From Ophelia neglecta (taxonomy: Eukaryota), in assembly GCA_965285935.1 (NCBI GenBank), contig OZ260664.1, positions 4,774,001 to 4,838,000 on the forward strand: 64,000 bases of DNA, in the 5' to 3' direction. The position numbers and the translations under genes are program-made. Below, piece by piece: positions 26,117 to 37,459 of this stretch; position 1 is the first letter of the stretch; each line of letters begins with the position of its first letter. The notes under the pieces were generated by a model, which was given only the letters and a program-made list of their open reading frames with translations, did not search any database and was not told the DNA's origin.

Positions 26117-26345
26117 CTGGGTTTTTCAGCACCGTAATGTACACCAATCACAATTTAAGAGCAGGACCATTTTCGTTTCTTTGTTTATTTTTGGCAGGAG
26201 TTGATGTTAGTAAGTAAGGGTAGAAATTGATTGCTTGTGGAGAGAAGGGCTGCGAAGCTCCCAAAGGAAAGCCTGCATGGACATTCTAGGTAAACGAGAA
26301 GTACTAAATACTAGCTTCATGACTAGCGCATATCTCTAGCCACAT

Positions 26346-26880
26346 TGCGAGTAGTAACCGCTAGCTACATGACGAGTACATTCCGCTCACTGTATGACGA
26401 GTACGTACCGCTAGCTACTTGACGAGTACGTACCGCTAGCTACATGACGAGTACGTACCGCTAGCTGCATGACGAGTACGTACCGCTCACTGTATGACGA
26501 GTACGTACCGCTAGCTACATGACGAGTACGTACCGCTAGCTGCATGACGAGTACTTTCCGCTCACTGTATGACGAGTACGTACCGCTAGCTGCATGACGA
26601 GTAGGTGCCGCTAGCTACATGACGAGTACGTACCGCTAGCTGCATGACGAGTACGTACTGCTCACTGTATGACGAGTGCGTACCGCTAGCTGCATGACGA
26701 GTACGTACCGCTCACTGTATGACGAGTACGTACCGCTAGCTGCATGACGAGTACGTACCGCTAGCTGCATGACGAGTACGTATTGCTAGCTGCATGACGA
26801 GTACGTACCGCTAGCTGTATGACGAGTACATTCTGCTCACTGTATGACGAGTACCCTCCGCTAGCTGCATGACGAGTACT
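26346..26880 (+). repeat. 25-bp CpG-rich minisatellite (GACGAGTACGTACCGCTAGCTGCAT), ~21 units
   Basis: Direct inspection; three interspersed variants (GCTAGCTGCAT, GCTAGCTACAT, GCTCACTGTAT). Confidence 0.98.
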
Positions 26881-27412
26881 CGCCGCTTTGAGATTAACCT
26901 TGCCATACCTCAAACATTTTATACAGGTTAGATAACCATACATCAGGGAGAAGTCAGATCTTCTCTGAGTATTACGCCCAGATCGTTTGAAACAGTGATT
27001 GGTTAATTTATTTTTAACTATGTTGCATGTGATATTGCAATAAGAGTGAGACTTGGCTGTGTAAAAGGTCATAAATAACCGTTTTACTACTCTCACCTTC
27101 CTTTTCGGTCGACACCTAATTTATCATAGTTGGATCAAAGCCATCGTTCTGGCTGCTGATTGGCTGTTTAGAGGATTGATGTGTGTGGGCCTGTGGCTGC
27201 TGATTCCCGATGATTTTCAACCAATTTAATGTTCTATTGTTGATTAATGACTTTGCTGTGTCTGCAGAATACCAACTCTCGATTTTTCCACTAGACGACC
27301 AGTGACTTGGTGAACGGTGAATATGCGAGTGTCGGAAACTAATCAATCTTCAAAATAAGTTGTATTGAGTGGAAGTGACGATCTCATTGTGGCAGGAGGA
27401 GACACTACTTCA

Positions 27413-27490
27413 ACAGGAATGCCCGTGTTACAGGTATACCCGTGTTACAGGAAAATCCGTGTTACATGTATACACGTGTTACAGGAATAC
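27413..27490 (+). repeat. 17-bp minisatellite (ACAGGAATRCCCGTGTT), ~5 units
   Basis: CGTGTTACA recurs at 17-18-bp spacing. Confidence 0.85.
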
Positions 27491-27669
27491 CAATGTTAGC
27501 AGAGCTACATGATATACAAGCGGAGAAAATGGCAGTAAAACATGCTGCGGCTCCCATCCCGACGAACTGCCTCAATGTTTGTTACAATGAATGGCAGAAA
27601 GGGGAGAAATCAAATGTCCCTCCTGCCTTCTGAGACAGCGGTAAACCATATCAATAAAAACGTTGGTTT

Positions 27670-28400
27670 GGGTTAGGAGCCCAGAGCCCAGTCCTGTCCC
27701 TGGGTAAGGCGCCCAGAACCCAGCCCTCTCCCGGGGTTAGGAGCCCAGAGCCCAGTCCTGTCCCTGGGTAAGGCGCCCACAGCCCAGCCCTCTCCCTGGG
27801 TTAGGAGCCCAGAGCCCAGTCCTGTCCCTGGGTAAGGCGCCCACAGCCCAGCCCTCTCCCTGGGTTAGGAGCCCAGAGCCCAGTCCTGTCCCTGGGTAAG
27901 GCGCCCAGAACCCAGCCATGTACTCAGATTAGGCGCCCGAGGCCAGTCCAGTCCCTGGGTTAGGCACCCCAGCCCTGTCCATAGGTTAGGTGCCCACAGC
28001 CCAGCCCTCTCCCTGGGTTAGGAGGCCAGAGCTTAGTCCTGTCCCTGGGTTAGGTGCCCAGAGCCCAGCCCTGTCCCTGGGTTAAGCCCCAGAAACAAGT
28101 CCTGCCCCACGGTTAGGCGCCCAGAGCCAAGTCCTGTCCCTGGGTTAGGCGCCCACAGCCCAGCCCAGGTTAGGATTAACCCGGGTTAGGAGCCCAGAGC
28201 CCATCCCAGTCCCTGGTTAGGCGACCTGAGCCCAGCCCTGTCCCAAGGTAAGGCGCCCACAGCCCGGCCCTGCCTTGGGTTAGGAGCCCAGCCCTGTCCC
28301 TGGGTTAAGCCCAAGAACCAAGTCCTGTCCCACGGTTAGGCGCCCAGTGCCCATCCCTGTCCCTGTGTTAGGTGCCAGGAGTCAAGCCCTGTCTCTGGGC
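27670..28400 (+). repeat. GC-rich 32-bp minisatellite with a 64-bp dimer (GGGTTAGGAGCCCAGAGCCCAGTCCTGTCCCT / GGGTAAGGCGCCCACAGCCCAGCCCTCTCCCT)
   Basis: GGGTTAGGAG at 27670, 27734, 27798 and 27862 (64-bp period); the array degenerates toward the 3' end. Confidence 0.98.
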
Positions 28401-30269
28401 TAATTCATGAGCGCCTGTCCAATTCCAATCGTGCAGTGGACTCGCCACATACTGCTATCGGAGATTCTTTGCTTCATTTCTTTAATATACAGTTCGCATG
28501 TTCCACTTCCCTGAGTACCCTTGGGGGACGCCTTACACGACAGTCCGTCCAAGAGGATAGAGTCAAGGGCAATATTTTGTTAGTGAGGATATTTGTCATT
28601 TAAACCAAGTTAGCTTTAAAATAAAATTAGGAGATCACATTTAGGCTGCGTTCGGTTGACATTGACTTGTCAATCTCTCGTTCTTGCTCAGACATTGACT
28701 GGGCGTCACTAGCCTTGGCTTGCGCCTTGCTTGTCACAATATATAGAACGCTCAGAAGCAAATTAGCAAAATGGAGTGTGCAAAGTCACATCAGTTGAAA
28801 TCCGACATGTACCAGTTCCTGCTGTACGGTTTGATGCAGATTGTATTATTGCTAATCCTTGTGCATTGTCCTATATGAATAATGGGAACGAGCAACAGCG
28901 CACCCCTTCTTGCGTCTGTTTGTTTGTCTGTCGTTTGTTGTCTGAAGAAATTAATGTCTATGGTAACCTAATTCCCAACTCAGTCGTGGCAGATACATTG
29001 TGTCTCAAGTCTTGCTAATCAGGGGGTTCACCCAGCAGAACAAAGAGACAAAGACATGGTTTTGATGCACCCATGTGTTCATCAAGTTCGGCGAGGCTTA
29101 CTGAAAGCCGACACAAACGAACCAATAGTTTCTCTTTCGGTACATAAGCGTGTAACAAACTTAGTGATGATCATTAAGATTGATATCACATGGAATTACA
29201 TCTAGTCAATAGGTTTCATGATGCAAGGCAATGTACAAAAAACTAAGATTGTTGGTCTACGTGAATATAGATTAAATATACTAGGAATATACTTGAAAAC
29301 ATCCGTATCTCAATCCTGCGCCGCGTTATGCATAAATAGCCCAAACTTGACCGCGCATATCGGCTCTCAGTGCATGGTCAGACCTTGCCTCGCACCAGCA
29401 AAGCTTTGTTAGCACAGCACCTTTAGCAGAGGGTCCATTTCTCCTGCTTGTCTGGGTTGTGATTGACTAACATCCTGTAATGAGAGGTCAAGACTCAGAC
29501 CCTCAACGCATCCAGCCCCACCTATCCCTAGTCCTTGATCTATAATGCTTGAATCCCTCTATGATCTTCTGAAATACGTTATTTATCCTGTTTCTCATGA
29601 ATTGTCTTTCTACCTTTAAGTAATAATACCCATTTCACACATTATTTTATGACGTCAATGACCCTGTGGTGTAGGTAATTTATCTTGGTTAATGTTAATA
29701 TAGTTATCCTGTCAATGTCCGTTGCTTCCTGTACAGGTTTTCACGGAAAAAAATAATTGCCCTGGATATCTGTGGGGTGATAGCTACGGTTTCAAAGAAA
29801 TGGTCCATTCCTAGTAACTCTATAGTATAACGGTTGTCCAGATTTATATTTGGTGTCATCTAGGAAAAATAGAGACTATAAGGCCAGTTGTCGAGTCATC
29901 AATGTAAAGAGCAATACCTGAGAGTCTGAACACTAAGAGAACTACAACTAGCGGAAGGCATATTGTCATAACTTGTCTGCGCACGAAACTTTCCATTACT
30001 TGGCACAAAAGCAAAGGTAATATACTACTTTCATCGTATGCCATTTCAGGTGGTCGTTTTAACGACAATATTAACAATTCATGAAGACAACAACTTATTA
30101 TGACCGATGTTTTATTCTTTCGGATTCGGTATTAATTTTAATGGTATTTAGAAAGAAAGAAAATTCCTAGATCCATCAATGAAACTGCTGATAATTTCAA
30201 CTCTCGAGAAAACAGAACATGTGATTTTATTATATATCAAATCTTGTCCTGGCCAATTACTCTTTAGGA

Positions 30270-30545
30270 ATTACTCTCTATACTCAAGCCACCCTCTAAA
30301 CTTACTCAAAACACTCTCAATACTTACTCAAACGACTCTCTATACTTGTTCAAAACACTCTCTATATTCACTCAAACGACTCTCTACACTTACTCAAACT
30401 ATTTTCTATACGCACTCAAACCTATTTATAAATACTCAAACCATTCTCTATACTTACTCAAATCTCTGTAAACGCTCTCAAACCACTCTCTACACTTGCT
30501 CAAACAACAATCTAAACTTACAGAAACCATTATCCATACTCTCTT
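30270..30545 (+). repeat. 22-bp diverged minisatellite (TATACTTACTCAAACRACTCTC), ~12 units
   Basis: ACTCAAA recurs at ~22-bp spacing. Confidence 0.9.
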
Positions 30546-30714
30546 TTTTCAAATTCCTCTCTTGAATTACTCTGCGAGGAAACTTCATGCTGAAAATAAA
30601 ATGGTGTTAACAGAATTCACGACACTGTCATCTCGCGAAACTTTTGCTACTATTACCGAAATTGGATTCTATTTGATTGCGATACATAATGTTAATGAGC
30701 TGGGACCTCAGACA

Positions 30715-30938
30715 TTATTTCTGGACGCATGTTCAACGCGGATTAAACCCAGGGTTAGAGCTCAGTCGGCCGTTACTGGTTAATCGGGGTTACTGGAAGC
30801 TTGCTATGGTCTTAATCATAGACATAGTGGCCCTAAACATAATCCTGGTAAAAGAAAACACAGATTAACGCGGTCTAAACTAATCGGCTATACGCTAATC
30901 TAATCTCTAAACTTACGGCCGCTTCTAGAAAATGGGAC
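30715..30938 (+). mobile_element. MITE family H1, left end eroded
   Basis: TAATCGGGGTTACTGGAAGCT and GCTAATCTAATCTCTAAACTTA...GCTTCTAGAAAATGGGAC|CAG match the H1 core and right TIR. Confidence 0.75.
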
Positions 30939-31409
30939 CAGGGTGTTTGATTTGATTTGGCGAGGGACCAAACAGGCTCAATTGTGAACAACGTAACTCC
31001 GTGGCAGGAATGGGTGGCTAGTTGGCAATGTTGTGAAGCAGAAGGAATCTGTTGGCTAATTTAATTGGTTCTGGTGTACAGGTTTGTAATAAATTGAATA
31101 AAAATTAAATCTTCATATATAACGGAAATAATGATATATAAAATTGGGACTTTCAAGCTACGCTGCTAATTGCATTGAAGCTACTCGATAAAAATGCTGA
31201 TATAAAAGTGCTGCAATGGGCATGTGTGTGGAGAAAAGTCTCCTTTGATGTTGAACTCGATCTGTGCTTTAGAATCTTAGTAGGCCCCTACATCTCCTGA
31301 AGGTGTCCCCTCCACCTGATGACACGCTGCTACCACATCAAAAAGAGCTTAAATGGCAAAAAGGACTGCAATGTGAAGTCAAATGCAGGCTAGACTTGCG
31401 ATTCACAGT

Positions 31410-32035
31410 TCAGGATGTACGAAGTGTAGTCATGTGTGGATATCCATGGGGTGTCAGGATGTATATAGTGTATATATGTGTGGATAACCATGGTTTGTCA
31501 GGATCTATGTAGTGTATATATCTGTGGATATCCATGGTTTGTCAGGATGTATATATGTGTGGATATCCATGGTTGGTTAGGATGTATGAAGTGTAGTTAT
31601 GTGTGGATATCCATGATTTGTCAGGATGTATATTGTGTATATGTGTGTGGATATCTATGGTTTGTGAGGCTGTATGTAGGGTATAAATGTGTGGAAATCC
31701 ATGGTTGGTTAGGATGTATGAAGTGTAGTTATGTGTGGATAACCATGGTTTGTCAGGATGTATATAGTGTATATGTGTGTGGATATCTATGGTTTGTCAG
31801 GATGTATATAGTGTATATGTGTGTGGATATCTATGGTTTATCGGGATGTATGTAGTGTATATATCTCTGGATATCCATTATTTGCTAGGATGTATGTAGT
31901 ATATATATACGGATTATCATGGTTTGTTTATGGGTATGTGCGGTCAAATGCAGACCTTCTACACACAATGGAATTGCGATTCACAGCTCAGGATGTGTTT
32001 AGTGTGATAATATGTAGATATCCAGGCTTTGTCCG
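31410..32035 (+). repeat. 44-bp minisatellite (GTCAGGATGTATATAGTGTATATGTGTGTGGATATCCATGGTTT), ~12 units plus one detached unit
   Basis: GTCAGGAT at 31453, 31497, 31541 and onward. The leader TTGCGATTCACAG(T/C)TCAGGATG occurs at ~31396 and again at ~31974. Confidence 0.95.
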
Positions 32036-33579
32036 TGACGCCTGTAGATTCGTAGGAACTTATATAAACCGGAATAGACCTGAATCCCAGCCTGTGAGGA
32101 GTTTGATGTCATACCATGAAAACCTTGAAACAGTTATTTGTCTGATACATGCAACATAGTTTGATATTCTAGCGGGAACGGGGTTAAATGGCCAGATTGC
32201 CTTTCCTTTGAAGGTTTATTGTTGGTGGAGTTATCTTTATATTATAACATTCATAAATCAAAACAATTGTGCAGGCCTAACCAGCGCCGCACTATGATTG
32301 TAATGAATGTATGTGTTTTTAAAAGTAGTCATACCTGTTATATCAGAATTATTTGCGCTTGACTTAGAAAACAAAAAGACGTGTGACATAAAAGTACGCA
32401 TACAAAAGCATTTGTGTTGTTTCACTCTGTGTAAGTTGATGACTATTGATGGTGAATATGGACACATTTAACAGAATTTTGACTGTCAAGGACGCACAAT
32501 TTGGAATTGGATGACGGGGGGGGGGGGGGGGAGTGCATAGAAATAATAGCAGCCGATTTTGTTCTTCTCGGGCTGCCTTAAACTTGACTTTATTTTTTAC
32601 TTATTTGTCAAAATTACATAGGAGAGAGTGTTTAAACCCGAGCGACGAACCTTTTTCTAATCCAACTGTGAAAATAACTTTTTTCTGGAATCTTTTATCC
32701 TCTTCTATCTTTGCTACCCAATTAATGACTTCCATCTTTGCTTCACCGGTAATACAATTACATAAAGAAACAAGCATCTATACTCTCATAACAAAGAGTT
32801 CAGACATTCAGGAAGGCACCTTCGTGTGCGTTTCCGTGTAATCTTTGGCTAGAAGAAGGACCATTTACCAGCCTTTTTTAAATATACAAAGCACACCAAC
32901 AACTATATATCTATTCGGAGCCTCCATAATGACAGTGTGTGTCTGTTTACAAAACAGCTTGAATGACTGATAATTTGAGCCGAATTGTTTACGACCCAAT
33001 GAATACTGATAATGAGTCCCAAGAGGACAGTGCCAGAGTCAAATTAATTCATGCCGTTTTGTTCTTTGTTCCACAATCTGCATGCAGCATCACTTTCGTC
33101 CTATGTTGATTATGGCGTATAAATGTCTTTCGATTGAATTCGTTTTAACGTCGGAGATTTTTCGGGCCGTCATAATGTCTATATAACATGCAAAAGCAAG
33201 CCGCGAGTCTAGAGGAAATCGTATTAAATGTGCTTTAAGGCGTTTATTAACTGTTGTGTTATTTTGTTCTATGCAGTCTAAAATGGGTAATCCGTTTGAC
33301 CATTATACGAGGTGTATGAAGGGAGGGAGTAAAAATAGTTTGTCCGGGTCATAGTGTAAAAAATATGGACCGCAGTGTTCAGTAGTCAACAAAAACCATT
33401 ATAGTTGGCTCTGTGAGATAAACCTTTTTTTTCATAGTTTCTTTTTTTTAAATTGTATTTACATAATGTATTTGGTTTGAAGGTACACTACTTCTCCTGG
33501 TCACGAACTTTTCTTGTTGTATAGTACAATTATTGAATTGCTATTACATTGAAATCAATCAAATCCTAGAATTTTGCAT

Positions 33580-33925
33580 AAGGGTGTGCAGCTGGCGGTT
33601 CCGAAACCATACCCTTTGGCTAGGGCCAAAAACATACTCTTGGATAGGGAAATCTGACAAAAAGCACACCCTTGGTTAAGGAAATCAGACCAAAAAAAAA
33701 CCTTAGTAGGATAGGTCTTTGAAAATAAACCCATTTGCAGGAATGCCTTGCCCCCATAACGCTATATATGTACAAAAGAGAACGCATGGTGCTTTTTCAG
33801 GCATCATTATATTGAAAATGACTTTAAAGCTACTAGCCAGAAAACCTGATCTTTGGTTAGGGACATTTGCTTGAAAAACGACCCTTCCTAGGGGTAGAAT
33901 GGCCTAGATACTCCCCCCCCCCCCC
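33580..33925 (+). mobile_element. Non-autonomous DNA-transposon fragment with internal ACCCTTGG.TAGGG subrepeats and terminal poly-C
   Basis: Five or six dispersed ACC(C)TT(T)GG.TAGGG(A) motifs ending in a C-run, an architecture common in invertebrate MITEs. Left end missing. Confidence 0.5.
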
Positions 33926-36900
33926 TCGCGCCAAGGAATCCAATGCCGGGTTATGGGTTGTACATAAAACAGGCTAGCCAAAGACCGCACTTGGGTGAAC
34001 TGACACCGTGTTGGTTTAATACACGACTTAACTGCATGGCATTTCTCCAGATTCTGAAAGAAAGTGTGCCAACTAGTCTACGTGCCGTTTATTGCACCCA
34101 GTCGTATTGCTCATAAATATGTTATCAGTTCACCATGATACCGAGTACCATAGTACATGGAAAGCCGGCTTTTCAGTAGCCATCCTAAATACACTTTAAT
34201 GGAAATTTCAGATGTAAGCCCTAGTGTAGTGTTATATCCCAAAAACAGTGAGCCACACAAAGAATTTTTAGGTGTCCGATGAATTAGTGATATTCTTATT
34301 TATGCTTGCCAATAATCTCCTGGATGTAAAGAGCAATGTTTTGCGGAAGTGTTTGCAAATAAATCATTGAACCTAGCAGATGTTCTTTTGTAAGCAGCCC
34401 TCTGTTGGTAGAAGGTTAACTACGGACAAGTGCTTGGCACAGCAGGTTAATTCCTTTCTGTGCCTGCAAGGTTCGAATATTATTTAAATGCTTTGAATTG
34501 TATTTTCCTTTAAAACCAACCCCGAGTACCTGCACTCCTTTTCCGAAACGTCCAATTGCAGTCCGGTTAATCCCTTCATCCCCACTTCACGGCATTAGTA
34601 AGCTGCTTTGTGTCTGCTCCGTCCCAACTGCCAAAGGCTTAATACCTAACAGCAGTTATACTTGCCGCAATATGCTTCCCCCTGATTTGCCACAGGCAGC
34701 CCCGCTCACGCCTTCCTTTGTTTCCAAAAGTTAATTTGACTAATCTTGATTTCCTCGGAATGGGGATACTCTTCCGGTCTTGTTCCACTCATTTTTGCTC
34801 CTGAAGAAGCACATGCATCAGTTGATGTTTCTAGTAAGTATCCGTCGTATGTCCCAAAGCTCCTCTAGCGGCTGTACGTTTACATTACAACCATAATGCC
34901 ATGTCGACAATGAATTGACACTGTATCTTTAGGGTATCATTTTTTGTCGATTTTTCCCAACGTGAACAATGCGAAGTAGATGCCCGGAGGCTGACTGTGC
35001 TGCAGAACAATTGTCTTCGTCTGCGCATCTTACTACAACAAGCCCCGAGAGGCAAGAAGTTGTATCTTAGACACTAAACTAGTCTATTTTTATTAATATA
35101 GTTTCAAGTATCCTGATAATGTTATTAAGCGACTTAATTATGAGCTCAGCTATGTAATATTTCAATTGATACCATCATTGAAATGTACCTGGGTACATCA
35201 AGGCACAAACCAATATGAGACATTGTCCAAGGCTTTCAAATATCCTAACTTAACACAACAATGTAAGAGAATTAACAAAAGCTGCCACCCTCCGGCTATA
35301 AAGGGACAATTTATAGCACGCGCTATATTTGTTCTGAGATTGGAGGCGCAGAAAAGAAGCTTTCATTTGGGAGCTATTGGAGTGCATTCAATTTGTCACT
35401 CCCCCTCTCAGGTTTGCTGTATTAATATAAGTAGATGACCTCCGACCTTCCTCACACGTTTACCCGGTAATAGAAGAACACTTTATCGATATATCCCTAA
35501 GGCCAATAGGCAGAGCGTGGAAAGGCCTGTATAGATTCCAGCTTTCACCAGTGTCATGCATTGATTTTTCGAAACAATTAAAACAAATGTGTAAAATTAA
35601 ATGTCGCACATTTTTGTAATAAAAAGTTGAACCACTCAACCCTGTCATCACTTTTCGCCAGGATTTCAATGGTCCTGAATACACAATTAGACTTCATTGA
35701 TCGCCCGTTTCCTTTTGTTCACTATTGTCTATTCGCCGTCATTGAAAATAGCTTCTCTGGTTCATGGACAATCATGCCTATTGGTAACCAATTTGACAAT
35801 ACAACACCCCCAGCCAGCCCCTATTCAGTATGTGTTGACATTGCCACTTTATCGAATGCTCACGTCCCTACCCACTGAGCCAGTGTATCTGACCACTTAT
35901 TTTCAACCTTAATGCCGCCTCATGCTATAGACATGGACATTGTGTTTACCAAGCAAGCCACAATTAATTAGGACATAACACTGACCAGCGTCGGCCACCA
36001 CCCATCTGTTTGTGTGCCTCTCGCTGACAGTTGTTCCCTTTCAGGACGACATTGACGGTAATTTCCCCTCAGACCTCCAATAATTCATTGGTAAACACAG
36101 ATTTCGGAACAGTGTCCATTCATCTCTGGTTTTCATTCAATTGAAGCGACTGATTAATCTGTGGTAGTATTAGGGTGGTGGGGGTCACAATGTGTTGACA
36201 TGCACCAATGAAAAGCTGTGCTTATCATCCAAATTCCCAATTCATGTCTTTACTTCTAACTGCATGAGGGAATTGGTGGATTGCTTGATCTCAAATACAG
36301 TCATGTATTGTGTAAAACTAATATTAATTAGTGACTATCGATAAACTCGTTGTACATATATGAATATTCTGGTTCATTAAGTCCGCCAATCTCTTTGTAC
36401 AGACTAGTTTCTGGGACTAATATGTTTACTATATATTTATACTGTTAGCTGACATTACGTATCTTGTTACAAGTATTGTACATCTCCCATCTCATCACCT
36501 AATTTTATGTCTCGCATATTTGTAAAATTGCTCTAATGCTTTGTTTGGAAGGTAACTTTTATAAGCCCCAGGCTACTGTAATATCCAAAATATGAAAATA
36601 AGTATGTTTAAAGCAAATTCACATCAGGTGTGGCTAATGTGGAACTAAAATTGATAGTTCAATTTCGTTCTAGAATAAGGGGCTTACACATTTTGTGTGT
36701 TATTTTAAGCAGTTTGAAGATTTGGTTTCAGCATTCTTTAACCTACACGGCTCCCAAGTACCGCTTAGCTCTTTCCTCCCAATCCCAGTCTATGTAACTT
36801 GTTTATCCTTTCTTCACGCGATTGCCGATAATATAAGGTTGTGATATGGTCCCTGCCACCTGGCCTTCCCACAAATTAGTAGATTTAACACCTAACAAAT

Positions 36901-37235
36901 GCTTTGTTGGTCCCCGACTCGACCCGATGTGCTCCCTCCTAGGAACTTCTGCCAAGGCGGCCTCATTAACTCCATTTGTCCTTTATTTATAGCTCCAGGT
37001 GTCGCCTCTTTCCTTCCTTCCTGGCAGGATTTACGTCTTAGACGTTTTTTCATCATTTATCTTCGGGTTTAAATTAGAATATGTTTTTCAACCATCATGG
37101 TTCGCCTTTCCACCTGTACCTATTTCTGGTACAGGACTTCCTTATTAGAGCAGGTGTTACGGGTTTTGTCTCATGTAACCATTGCACTATTTTGTCACAT
37201 GTTTCCTTCCTAACATCTCGTGTAACTATGGCAAG

Positions 37236-37459
37236 GGCCCGGTTTCTAGAAGAGGTTTTAACTTTGGCATGAGATTTACCTATTACCGCTTAGCTGAGAC
37301 GGAGTAAATCTGTGTTTCCAGATTAACCTTAAGACTAAAAAAGCTAGGGTCAAGACTAGATTTAGCTTCGAGAAACATCGAGAAGAAAGTTTAGACCGAT
37401 TAAGCACCACTTTAATCCTGGTGTTAATCCGGGTTAAGACTTACGACAGCTTTCAGACC
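37236..37459 (-). mobile_element. MITE family H1, opposite orientation
   Basis: GGCCCGGTTTCTAGAAG start; the interior (CCTATTACCG, TGTGTTTCCA, AGCTTC.AGAAAC, TTTAATCCTG) is the reverse complement of the H1 core. Confidence 0.8.

Larger units (their letters stand above)
10625..28559 (+). repeat. Copy 2 of the ancient tandem-duplicated unit (~17.9 kb with insertions)
   Basis: Collinear anchors to copy 4: AGCCTAA..GGTCACGTGA 14047/49201; GTGTGGTCATTGTGT 16402/50892; AAGTGGAATT 17968/53411; TGACATGCGCAAGAGC 21895/59352; TTGTAAATCA..TGATTTAT 23071/60404; CCTATC(G)ATGTGCT 25797/63650; CCGATGATT 27207/63917. Anchors to copy 3: ACCC(T)GTGGTG..GTAATTT 12961/29661; TACRCGAG.TGG 23620/45004. Confidence 0.8.

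Noticed and set aside
26346-26880. CRISPR-like array (palindromic short repeats)
   Set aside because: Units are contiguous with no unique spacers, there are no cas genes, and the context is eukaryotic. The same applies to the 22.1k, 27.7k and 52k arrays.
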